In this document: one piece after another, positions 1 to 12,399 of the stretch
Layout of the letters: each line of letters begins with the position of its first letter
Numbering within the stretch: the stretch's first letter is position 1
Source of the DNA: Psilocybe cubensis
Taxonomy: Eukaryota
NCBI GenBank assembly: GCA_017499595.2
Contig: CM039001.1
Location: 2,170,001 to 2,234,000 of the forward strand
Reading direction: 5' to 3'
Length of the DNA: 64,000 nucleotides
The notes under the pieces: generated by a model
Seen by the model: the letters and a program-made list of their open reading frames with translations, nothing else
Told to the model about the DNA's origin: nothing
Databases searched by the model: none
Made by a program: the position numbers and the translations under genes

Positions 1-2399
1 AATACAGACATCAGGGTTTTCCCGCCATCTGGACCCCATCTGCTCGGATACTTATTGAGAGAGTGTGATAGTAGATATGTTTGTTATTCTGTACTCACTC
101 TCCAGCTGCAACCTCTTTGCAGCATTGTTCAAATTCCAGCGAAGCTGATACCTCGTCCCACCTTTCTACAACGAAATCCTGAAAATCAACTTGAATAAAA
201 CATTGTTCCATTGAAGTACCAGAGACGTACCTCTATTATGCTATGTAACTCATCCCAAAGGGATGTTGCAAGAAGGAGTGCGAAGCTAGATTCAGGAGAT
301 ATAGTGGACATAATGTGCTCCAGTGCAAGAGTCGCCAGATTGGGCATTGAATACCGATGCGCAATTTGATAGATAGACAATGCTGATGCAGGTCTAGGTG
401 CAGGAGTTGGATGCGGATGTGGGTCAGGACTGGTTGATATGACACCAGGCTTCCTGCTAGATCGAGGAGATGTTGAATACTGATTTGTTGATGAAAAATT
501 ACTTGAAGGAGAAATCGTCAATGGCTTTGACCCCGAAAGAGTAGATGAGCGTCCACTAGCATTTATACTGAGATGATTTGTCCCAGAAGTGGCCACAGGT
601 TTCCTAGGTGTAGAAGTATTGAGAGGGCGTGAAGTATTGCTGGAGACCGGATTTGATTTAGTAGGATTTGTTCTGCTGGAATTCGCGGAAACCTGAGAAG
701 ATATCACGTTGGTGATAGAAACAGAGTTGGGATGGTATGTGTCCGACTTTCGACTTGTCGATCTGCTGATGGAAGAGCTGACTGGTAAACTGTCACCACT
801 AGTTGAGCTTTTATTGTCGCTTGCACTATCAATGCTGGGTCGTGCTCTACGATGGAACCTTTTCCAATCCCATTCATCCTGAGTGCCACTTAACCACCTC
901 GCACTCCAGCCTGCCCCAACTCCTTCCACTGCAATTCTGGGGTCATCATTTTCTTTGAAGAGAAGCCAATTTGCATAGCAGTACTTAAGAAGCCAGTACA
1001 TTGTCTCGAACTCCGCTTCTTCAACGACAATTGTGTAAACTTTCCTTTCGCCAGTTGTTCCTATTGAGTTTTCGGAGAATGATGACGACAGCATTGTAGC
1101 GAAGTATTCTGCACGACGTATCAAAATGTCTGAATGAGCATAGATAATGCGTTTTCTTGCAGCTGAATGGAATCCGAAAGGGGAACTAGAGCTCGATGTT
1201 GTTGATGTTCCAGATTGAGGAGAATTGAGACTAGGTGAATCCCCACTTCCCGTGTACTTCTCTAAACATATGAACCGAACATCTCCTGTATCTTTAGACT
1301 TGATCAATAAAATATATGATAATATATCAATAATGGCATTACTTGGGTTATCTAAAGACGCCTCCAGACCGTCTAACAGGTCGCGGGGTATGTAATAAAT
1401 GGATGGTTGCTGAGGAATTGAGGGGCCAGAAGGAGAGTGTATTTGGACGACAATGACAAAGGAATCTGTTTCCCGGATCCGAGGATTCTGAAGTAATGAA
1501 CTTAACGACGGCAATGGACATTCTGTAGCAAAGAAATAAGACTTAGATTTACAGTGTGACTGTTTGCACAGTTGACTCACCCCACACTTCGCTTTCTCTA
1601 CGAAAAACCCAATCGTTTTGCCAAAACTCCCAAACCCATTCGGGGCGCGCACCTCGTTCTCCGACCCGATCCTCTTGACATTTGATAGCGGCCATCATGG
1701 AAGCATAGGTTTCATAGTCGCCTTGTGTCAAATCAAGCATTAGGGAAGTGATGTACATGCACAAAGTTGGAATGGAAGACGCAGAGCCTTCAGGTGAAGC
1801 TTCAGTAGGTACTAGAATGTATATAACGTCAGGAAATGAGTCCATTGAGCACCCAAGCTGAATTGAGACTACCTATTTCAAGCTTGAATTTATGGTCGCC
1901 AAGAACTGGCGATTGCTTTAAGATCTCAAAGTCCCCAAGGTCTGCTGAAAGAAGGTGGGGTCCTCCTTCAAGAGGAGCTGATGTTATTCCTTCGACAAAG
2001 TCACGTAGTTTGTGAATGTCTCGAATAGCCCATTCAAATCCCTGTTGGTAAAAGAGAAATAACATCAATCCTCAACAACAACTTCGTAGCCAAGAAAAGC
2101 AATACCGTGAATGTCCATTGCCTTGTTGATTCCCCTAATCCCATAGCAGAGGGCTTAGGGGTAGCGCTACTTCTACCTTGTGGGTTGCCTGTGTAACCAC
2201 TTTGAGAGCTGGTGGAAGAATAGGGTGTACGTGGATCCCAAGCGCTTTGTAAATTTGGTCCGAGTATTGGATGCGCAGAATTGTGAGGGCTTCTGTGTGA
2301 GTAGCTGCGAGTAACCCACGGCCAGTCTGGTCTGGATACTGCAGGCGGTCTGCTTGGGGAAGAGGATGCAGGAGATGTGAGACGAAGATGTTCTGACAT
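1..2399 (-). CDS. MATH-like + BTB/POZ domain protein (Cul3-adaptor-like); multi-exon, 3' end runs off the window
   Basis: ATG at 2399. Spliced exons give FEWAIRDI...KFKLEI...DSFVIVVQI (MATH-like), then GDVRFIC...IYAHSDILIRRAEYFATML...LLKYCY (BTB), then IYQIAHRYSMPNLATLALEHI...DFVVERWDEVSASLEFE...WGPDGGKTL at the window edge. Confidence 0.75.
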
Positions 2400-2573
2400 C
2401 CAGACCCCTTAATTTCGGTTCTGGTCAACTTGAACTATTTATCGACCTCGCGTGTACTAAAAGGGCCACCATTGCCTAATCGGGTATGTCATTGTGTCTC
2501 AAAGGTAATCTTTACAACTTGTATATCACTGCAGAGGCTAGAGGAGGGTATTACAAGGTAAATAAAATAAAAT

Positions 2574-4754
2574 CTAATAGGTCTCCCAGTGAACATTAGG
2601 CAAGACATCGCGCATCACTAAAAGGTGGATCAATGTGCAGTAGCGAAACAAACAAATCAAGAACACTTACCCTTCCAATGATGATTCGCTTGCTTTTTTT
2701 GCAACGCTCCCAAGGGGTTTTGATGGTCAGTCAATATATATCTCATATCACCAGGGGGACTTCGAATTGAAGTGAGGTTAACCTCCCTGTTTTCTAATGA
2801 TTGCAAGATATGGCGACGCAGGGGTGATCCTAACCAATCAGATCTCCTTGTTTTCCTGAACGTTAGAGGAGATGGACTGCGAGTGCAGAATATCACCTAA
2901 ATAGAGGAGAGTAGATCAATGCCATTTAAGACTGGGAAATTGATCAGATAACTGACCACATTAATAAATTCGGTGTCGTATTTTTCTGGCGTCAGGTCTT
3001 CGAACAAATCGTGAAATGCCCGACATGATTGTCCAAAGTTTCTTTCAAGAGTGTTTATGACTAAACGAGATGACATTGACCCAACACTTCCTGCAAAATT
3101 CTAGATTTACAGTTAGCCAGGTATTAGAAATAACTCAAAAATTTACGCACAACCACCAATACTCCTTCAGGTTGCATCACGGTCTTCAGGTCATTCCAGA
3201 ATTGGAATGTAAAGATGTGCTCAGGAACGCCACCACCTGAAAAACAGTCATGGACGACAATGTCATAGAGCGTTTCTTTATTGCCTGATTCTATGCTGGC
3301 TCTTTTCTTGGCTGTCCACTTCCTCGCATCTTCGAGGAAGACTTTCCCTGTCCCAGGATCAGGAAGGCCAAAATATGTTCGAGCAGCTTTGTATACTGCA
3401 GGGTCGATTTCCACAATTGTGGTTGAGATACCATGGCGCATGAATGCAGTCCCAGAAATTCCTGCACCTAACCCACTGCAATTTTAGAGTGTTAGTTCAA
3501 GACCCTCTGAGTGATTGGCCGGTGCTCACATAATAAGTGCATTATTCCATTTCCCTGCCGTGGCTGTACTATTCACAAGGCGAACCGCTTCTTGTAACAC
3601 AAATGTACTGTAAATAGAGTCGCCTAAAGGGACACCAAACGAATCCGTAAGCGGTGGTTCATCATCCAGGACTTGAACTTTATCATGGGTCCATACTCCT
3701 CCCAAAATGGAGTGATCAGCGCGAATGTATCGAGCTGAGTGCAGTTGTTGGTCGTTTTCGCCCTTGTAATCAGGCGGAGGTAGCCACTGGCCCACTGTAA
3801 TAAGTCCGGTGACAGACTGTTCGGCAGATAATATATTAAGGGGATATGTTGGATGGACGTAGGTTTTTGAGAGTGGATGTGGCAAGATGGGGTTTCCAAA
3901 CAATGGATAGATCATCCACCAGAGAGCATTGAAGGCAACCAACAATGCAGCATTCATTTGCGAGTTGCCGAATGCCGTGGCATGTGCATTCTTCTTGCCA
4001 TTTCTATTCTTCTTTGAGGCGTTCTTTGTGGTGTTAAATTGTGTGTTGTCCTGGAATGAAATGATCGATAAATTAAAAGCTAAGCCTGCCAGAGTAAGGT
4101 ACTTTTGGTTCATCATCGTTTTCAACTTCAATGTACACGACAACTTAACAAAGCAAAATGGACTCACTATTTGGTTGTCTGATATCCTGTAGAAAAATGC
4201 AGTAGAAGACCATAGCCTTTTGGCCAATGCAGAAGAGATGAGGTGGGTAATACTGGCTCGAAGTAGCCTTATGATGAGCTCTGGTCTTTGTGAGACTGAG
4301 GTACTCTTGACCTGTCGAGCTTGTTAACTGAAATAATCAGAAGGAGAAGGCGAAGCTTACGCACTTCAGTGTCCTGGTCCATCTCAACTATAAATGTAGT
4401 CAACAGGAATGCTAGGGGCCCTAAAACGGTTGCATGGGTTATTGCTGGGCCCAGCACTGGATCCTTATTTCTAGACGTCCACACGGCCACCCAGTAGGTT
4501 GCATTAGGGGCGAGAGTGAGAGTTAGCGCCGTGTAAAGGAGATTGCGTTTCAATGATACACGAATGGGATGGATTGCGGATGCTAGTACTGCTCCGAACG
4601 CTATCTTGTCGAGGAGATAAGAAGTTGGGCCAGAGCCATAGAGAGGTGTCAGTTCGCGTCCGTGGGTGAATATGACGAGAGAGAGCGGAATAACAACTGC
4701 AATTACACGAAGCGCCTTCAAACCGAGTATGTTCAAATCCTCTGTCGTTGACAT
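2574..4754 (-). CDS. Polytopic membrane protein fused to a spermidine-synthase-like class I SAM-dependent transferase domain
   Basis: N-terminal hydrophobic helices (ORFs 4269-4754, 3526-4227). Spliced ALIIGLGAGI...IVEIDPAV...FLEDARKW...YDIVVHDCFSGG motifs. Last exon ends MRDVLPNVHWETY* at 2574. Confidence 0.8.
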
Positions 4755-5252
4755 GACAAAGGTTTTTGAAGAGACACGCTTCGTGCAGAGAATGAGACTG
4801 CAGATTGAAAGGATGAAGAAAGTCAGAAAAGCTAATTCAACCTGCCAGCGGTCGTTATGGCCAGAATAGCATATGTCTCATTGTGTTTTTCCGTACGCTC
4901 CAGGGTTTAAGCGAGCAAACGCTTAACATCACTTGTCCACCAGCGTTGATTGTTAACACACAGTGCGACTACCCCAAACCAATGCTGAGTATACAATACG
5001 CAAGCAATGAAGAACGATTAATTTGCTTTGCCAGCACACAAACGTCGGCGGGTCTTGTAAGTTCGCACGCACGGGGTGAGTATCAAAACACTGATGGCTT
5101 AAGCATTTGGTCCCTAACAGTACAAAGGGGAGCAAGCTCCCCAAAAATGTAGGAAACAGTAGTACTTTAAGTGATACATATGTCTCAGAAACCAGGCAGA
5201 GACTTGATAGATCAAAAACCATCAAAACCATCTCCTACTGTTACTTATCGAA

Positions 5253-8200
5253 TCATATTGCGACCTTATCCACGATTCTATCAATGAGTTCTTGGAGACG
5301 GTCAGCTTCACTTTGGGCCAATGTCGCATTTTTCTCGAATGTGATGGCCTCTGTCAGACCTGGAAAGGTGGTGGCACCGTAACCTAGTGAAAAAATGTAT
5401 GAGTCGTATACCATAGGTGTCGTTTAGTAAAAGACAAACCGAGCCATTTTCCAGGAGCAACCGCTAAATGTTTGTACCATTCTCTGTCTTTAATACCATC
5501 CTTGGAGATGAAGCCACGTTCAAACGAGGATGCTTTCTTGTTCACGATCTGTATACGCCTACCAAGCTTTCTCAGCCGCTCCAAAGGGGGTTTGTGATGA
5601 AGATTGAGTGCCTGCAAGCTCTCAGCAACGTAATGAGCCCCTCCGATCCCTTCATGCAGCATCATGCCGACAAGTGCTGCATCATCTTCAGCCAACTCTG
5701 TGTGGCGTGATTGCTCCGGATTGGCGAACTGATGACTACAGAAACACTCGCGTTTGAATATCTTTTTGATTTTACATACGAACTTTCGTATAGTGCGTCG
5801 CATTTTCGAGTGACGTTTTCTCCATTTCTTGGCCAATTTTTGGAGTTCTTTTTGCACTTTCGTCCTTTCCTTGTCAAGGGCAATGCTGGATTTCTGGAGG
5901 TTCCTTATAGAGCTCCTCAACGGGTCCAAATTAACATCAATAGATGCCTGAGAGGCAATGCTTTCCACTCTAAGAATTCTTGGTCAGCAAGGAAATTCAA
6001 AGGGGAGGTATTCTCACCTATCAAGGTAAGACTCCAGCTCGAAAGCATAATGGGTCGTATTAAACGGAAGGAGGGCAGACGTTGCTAATCGCAAAGTTTG
6101 TAGGCCGAGATGTTTAGCAACTGCAACCTGGAGTAACCTTTATCAGCACCAATGTCCCAGCGTTGTTGAGGTAACGTACGTGGCGGTGGAACCCAGGGTC
6201 AGCATACAATTCTTGCCACCTTTCAGAATCAAAAACTGAGTGATAATGGTAGACTGGATCGTGAAGTGTAGAGCTGAAACCGCCATTGGTGCTCGGTATC
6301 TAGTAATATATCCCGCTTAATCATAATTTGGCATAAAGAAAAACGGACTTACGCCACTTCTTTGTAAAAACACTGTGTAATCACTACCGGACCCCAAGGG
6401 TGATACTCCAACATAATCTGCTGCAGCAATCTCCATTTCTCGGATGGCAATGGCTTCTTGCTTAATTTCATACGTGCCGTTTAATATGCCAAACAGGGTA
6501 CCAGAATCGTGTCTGGCATCCCATAACGTCCGGCCCTCATCAGTGGGATGGGGAATCTGTTGAGCAGTTTCTCGGATGAAGTGGGCAAGTAGGGGAGAAC
6601 CAGACGCCCCGAGTCGCGAACCAGAAACAGAAGAGTCTGCGATTAGGATAAATTTAATTCATTCATAAGTACGACGGTTGACAAACATACCAAGGTTCAA
6701 GTAGGCAACCACATGTTGGTCAATCCAGTCTCCAAAATCTTCTCCCCATTCAGTGCTTCCAATAAGACCATACTGTATATTTAATGAATTGAAGTTCCAA
6801 ATGGCCTTCGGATCGTATTCACCTCTTCTGCATCCCAACTAGCAATGACAATAGTCCTCAATGGTTTCCATCCACGACGTAAAAGATGTCCTAGACCTCT
6901 AACGACTTCATGAATGGACGCAGTGCCACTGGAGGGGTCTGCAGCACCCATGACCTATACGCGTTGTCAGAAATGCATATTTCTTGCTGATGGTGAAAAG
7001 AAACACACCCAAGCTAGAAATTGTACCAGAGGAGTTACTACATCTTCTCGTGGAAATAATAGGTAGATACATACCATCTCGATGATTTCCAATAACTACA
7101 ACTTCATTCCTAATAAAACCGGGGATAACGCCCATTGTGTTCCACACAGGAATGACTCGAGTGTCGACTATGCGAAAGGATAGTACCGAGAGGGAGATAC
7201 TTGACGAGAGTATCACATACCATTATTTACAAGCCTTACATGTTTACCCTCCCATTCGTCGCCGCTCGTCAGAGTCTTGAACAAAAGGCCGGCATTTTCC
7301 CAGGAGATTGGTAAACTTGGGATCAGAGGAATGTTTGATCCTTCAGTTCGCGTGCTGTTTTCGTACGACGGGTACCCGGGAGTAGTTGGATCCCCTGGAT
7401 AAACACTAAGATATTGCACGCTGCCCCGTTGCACGGATGTGGGATTTCTTGCAGGTCCATATGGATACCTGTAAATGAGTAAATCATTTGTCGTTAACAA
7501 ATTTATCCAGAGCAATGACTTACGGAAGATAACCATTTTCTACAGTGACTGTTCCATCATCTTGAGGATCTGAATAAATAAGTACCGCTGACGCTCCCAG
7601 ATCTTCAAATGCAAATTTATTCAAATTTGTGCCGACTGAAAGTTATGTACCTTTGACGAACCTTGGCCCCCTTTGACCTAAAGAACCAATCTGAAGTTGG
7701 TCGTACGTTAACAAACAGTTTTAAACACACCTTTAATCCCCGAAATATTCCACCATACCGGCAAAGAACAATGGTACCGTTGATATTGATGTCTAGAATA
7801 AGCAGCTGAGGTGCCAATAGTTGGATACATGCCTCTTGAAACTTACCTTTGGCTAAAAGATTTTGATAATCCTTCAGAAGTATCAGAATAAATGAAAACA
7901 AGGATTTTGAAAACCGACAACCTCTTGTGTGCAATAATTTCCGTCGACAAGTTTACCTGTGACATCTCCTCCTCGGCTCAGACCGTGGAAGGTAGGCACA
8001 TCATCAAAATATTTTCCTGCTTCTGGGTCCGTTGAGTCAGAAAACTCCACCAAATTTGCTTCAAAAACCAGAGTCCCATTTGCATCAACAATTTGAAGGT
8101 TACGATCCAAAGGGGTATTCATGACAGGATAGTATGTATCAATCCAGGCACTAGGCTTTCGGGATTGTGGGATGGAACGTGTTGCATGCTGCGATTCCGA

Positions 8201-8714
8201 CGAGCCAGCTGAAAAAATGGGCTCGACCTCAGGAGGCGATATCCCAAGCTCCCGCTGCAGAAGCTTTAAAAAGTCTTTTGCAGTCTCAAGGTCGCCGGGT
8301 GTTCCAGCCATGTGAGGTTTTGTGGCAAATAACCTCGACGCTTGAATGGCATCCGCGCTATTTGGAATACTCCTAGAAACGCATCAATAAGTATATAGAA
8401 TAGCAATAATGAAATTGATGTCCGTACAGAAATGCTTCTTCTGCTCGTTTTCCAACGGGCGGATGCCGGGGATGGTGTGCTGTTTGGCCTAACCGCTCCG
8501 CTGGTTTGTCAGACCTGACTTGGCTGCTGGGTAGATTATGAAGGCAGTAAATCAAGACGAATAAAAAGCAAATTGAGAGTGCTTTTCGAACACCACTCTG
8601 CTTCTTCGTAGGTACCAGAGCAGGGGGAATTTGGACCGGCAGGGGTAAAAGTGTTGAGTTGTTAGACTCTTTACGGCGCTGGTCTCCTGGCGCGAACGCC
8701 TTTTCAGCTGCCAT
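5253..8714 (-). CDS. Glutamate carboxypeptidase II / transferrin-receptor-like M28B peptidase, copy A (type II membrane; PA, M28 and TFR-dimer domains; Vps70/Tre-like)
   Basis: TM helix near the N-terminus; [88 protein letters not shown]; stop at 5253. Confidence 0.92.
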
Positions 8715-8992
8715 AGCTTTCAGCAATGAAGTGTAAGCAAGAGGGAAATGATGGGCTCAAATGAAGGCGGATATGATCATAATAAGCCAAGTCCATGGGA
8801 AAGATATCTCTGAAGTCCATAAGGAAAGTTTGATTGGTGGGAGTGGGAGTCTTAAAATGGAGTAAAATACCTCATTTGGGTACACAACTACTGACGTGAT
8901 TAGTACGTCCGTGTGCTTGCGTAGATACCCGGTTCCGAAGAACAGCGTATATTAGTTATAAAAGTCTGGGGCTTTGACAGGCGTTGACTATT

Positions 8993-11900
8993 ATGGACCT
9001 CGAAAAGTACCATATTCCTACCAAGGCGCCAGACCAATTGCTCGATGGAGTGGAACAAAATCCACGTGCCGTCTACAAGTGCAGCCAACGACAACAGCTT
9101 CGCAAAGCCTTCGCGCATGGTGCTGGGCTGCTGACCTTGCTCCTACTTGTTGCTGCAGTCACTCATACAGGCCGCTCATTGTATTCTTGGAATCGTCAAG
9201 GATCATTGCCTCATCTTCCTCGTCGTCCGTTGTCCCTCAAGGAACGGGAAGAGCTATTCCTGTGGGTCGCACTACTTACTAACTCGAAATTCAGGATAGC
9301 TCAGCATCTCCCTAGATCCATTCCTACAGGGGAAAGTGCTCTGGAAGCATCTCGAGCATATGCCACGCATCCTCACCTTGCAGGGAGCTCCGAAGATTTG
9401 TTAGATGCTAAAGCCATTTTACACCTTTTCCAGGACGAGTTTGACATTCCAAGATCTCCACATCTTCCGATTTATGATGCTGGTAGTCCATTATCTCGCA
9501 ATGCGACACTCCTTCTTACAACGTCTGATGCACCAAACAGTCCTAGAGCCTGGATTGATACCTATTACCCCATTATGAATACTGGAGTAGAGCAGGCTCT
9601 GGAGATTTTGGATGACAACGGTGACGCAATATGGATCGCTGATTTGGTGGAAGATGGCGACCCGCGTGATGAAGACGCGCATAAGTATAGGGACACGATA
9701 CCCCCATGGCATGGTTATAGTGCTGATGGCGATGTCACTGGTCAACTTATTTACGCGAATTATGGAGGCAAGGAGGTGAGCCGCAAAGGATTTGTACATA
9801 ATCTTTTTTATGCTTAGTGCGTCGTAGGATTATGATGAACTGGTTGCTCAAGGTACAAATTTCACGGGAAAAATTATCATTACGCGCTACGGGGTCAACT
9901 TCAGGGGAATAAAGGCATTGAGTTTTTATTTGTGTAGCCTTTAATTGCTAACAGCACCAAAAACCCAGATTCAAGGCGCAGAGTTGCTTGGAGCTGCAGG
10001 TGTTTTGATATATTCTGACCCACGCGACGACGGGTTTGTCACCACCAAAAATGATTTCCCTCCCTATCCCGCTGGACCTGCACGAAATCCATCTTCTATT
10101 CAAAGAGGCAGCGTTCAATTTCTTTCCACGTATCCTGGAGATCCTTCAACACCTGGGTATCCTGCGTATCTCAACGCGAACCGGACTGAAGCAGGAAATA
10201 TACCTAAAATTCCAAGTTTACCAATTTCGTGGCAAAATGCTCAAAAGCTTCTGGGCGAAATTGACGACTTATATACAGTGGATGCCAGTGGTAAGAAGGT
10301 ACTGAGCGGAAATGCGAGTAAAAACAACGTTAGGCTTGTCAACCGTGGTGTGTAACTTTCTACGGATGTTGTATTTACCACAATTTAACACATTGTTTCT
10401 GTCAGTTGATACAAAGGTGACACCAATTTGGAATGTTATGGCCTCGATTCCCGGTCACATCAAAAATGAAGTGGTCTTAATTGGCTGCCACCGTGACGGT
10501 AAGGAGCCGTTTACCCTCTTTTTCGACTAGTACGTTTAAAAAATCTAGCATGGGTGATGGGTGCTGCCGACCCCACAAGTGGCACTGTTTCTCTACACGA
10601 AATCATCCGCGCATATGGTGCCTTGTTAAAAAAAGGCTGGAAACCTCTGAGAACAAGTGATTACTTCATCCTTCTGTAAGTCAATCATCTTATGCTAACG
10701 AAAACTGTTAGTTGTTATTGCCAGTTGGGATGGAGAAGAGGTTTGTATTATTTAATCTGCGCATCGAATACCTTTCACATTTTTATCTTAGTACGGTCTT
10801 GTCGGCAGCGTAGAATGGGGCGAAGATTTTGGGTCGTGGATTTCGGACCACGTCGTCGCTTACCTGAACGTGGATGTATCTGTTGCAGGCTCTCAATTTG
10901 TGGTTTTTGGCTCCCCTTCTCTTGCTCATCTTATTAAGAAAACTGCCAACGATGTCCCCCATCCAACTGAATCTGGGAAAACACTTTGGGATGCCTTGGA
11001 CGACGAGGGACCATATAATTTCCAAGCTGCCAATTTAACTATCGATCCGGATTACTTGGAACTCCATACTTCGGAGCAAGTCTCTCGTAGAGCTGCTAAA
11101 ACACGCGTCATGCCACTAGGAAGTGGTAGTGACTTTACTGTGTTTCTGCAAAGACTGGGAATTGCTAGTTCTGAGCAAAGCTTTGCTCCGACCCTCAATG
11201 ATGCTGTATACCATTATCACTCCATCTATGACTCTCAGTCATGGCAAGAAAGATACGGAGACCCAGGCTTCCATCGCCATGTGCGTGTTCTCCGGTTCAA
11301 AGTTTTGCACAGAGCGTTCTCATTATTTTTAAAAGGCTGCCGTTGCAAAACATCTTGGGCTGCTTGGCTTGCGGCTCACTGACTCCATAGTACTCCCGAT
11401 TAATACGACTCAATATGCACTAGAGCTACATGAATATCTTGACATGTGAGTACATGAAAAGGCTAAGTATTTAGTTTTACTGAAATTTAGTATTTAGAGT
11501 GGAGAAACTGCTACCCACCCTAGGAGAAAAAATGCATGAAGTCGACTTTACTTCTTTGCGTCAATCTATTCAACAAGTCCAGGAAGCGAGCCACCAACTC
11601 GACGAAGAGAAGGCTGACGCTGAAGAAGATTTCAAACGACTCTTGAAGCGAATGCCGTTCCCAGGCCGCAGAGGAGCAAGGTGCACAAGGCGACGAACTA
11701 GTTTTGTTCGTCGCATCGCTGACTGGGTGAAGAGTATATTTGGTGTTCCTCCTCCGACTGATACCGAACTTCAGTTGCTGAGTCTGCGCCACGCAAATTC
11801 ATGGGAAGAGTACCTTGAGTACGCCACGGATGCCAATGGGGAGATTTCCGAATCTTTTGAAGCACTGTTAGGAGGGCATGGTTTGCCATTCCCCATTCAC

Positions 11901-12248
11901 GAATTTATCAAGGCCGCAAAACGTGTCGCTAGGTCCAACAAAGCTTTGAAGGCATTTGAGCTCGGATTTATATCTGAGAATGGGATTAAGAATAGACAAT
12001 GGTACAAGCACCTTGGTGTGGCTCCGGGCAAATGGCTTGGTATGCTTTTTTGTTGCTAATCCGCTTCGAAAATAGTCATTAATGGTTGATTGTTCATAGG
12101 TTATGGCGCAACCACGCTTCCAGCCTTGACCGAAGCCATTGTTGAGGAAAAGAACACAACTCTTATTCAGTACGAAGCCAGACGCCTAGAGAACTTGTTG
12201 ATCAAATTAGCATCCACCATCAAGCCGGAAGCCAACTATGGATCCTAA
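8993..12248 (+). CDS. Glutamate carboxypeptidase II / M28B peptidase, copy B (paralogue of copy A)
   Basis: ATG 8993 (MDLEKY), TM helix, [73 protein letters not shown] 12246-12248. Confidence 0.92.
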
Positions 12249-12399
12249 TTAATCCTTTTTCATTGAAACAATGTACCGTTCAAACTTTTGGCACAAACTA
12301 AACTGTGCAATGCAAACTCCTCAAATTTTGAAAACATGTCGAATAAAAAATATCTAAATTTTGCTGTTTCAACATTCAAACACAAATCATCATGTCATG

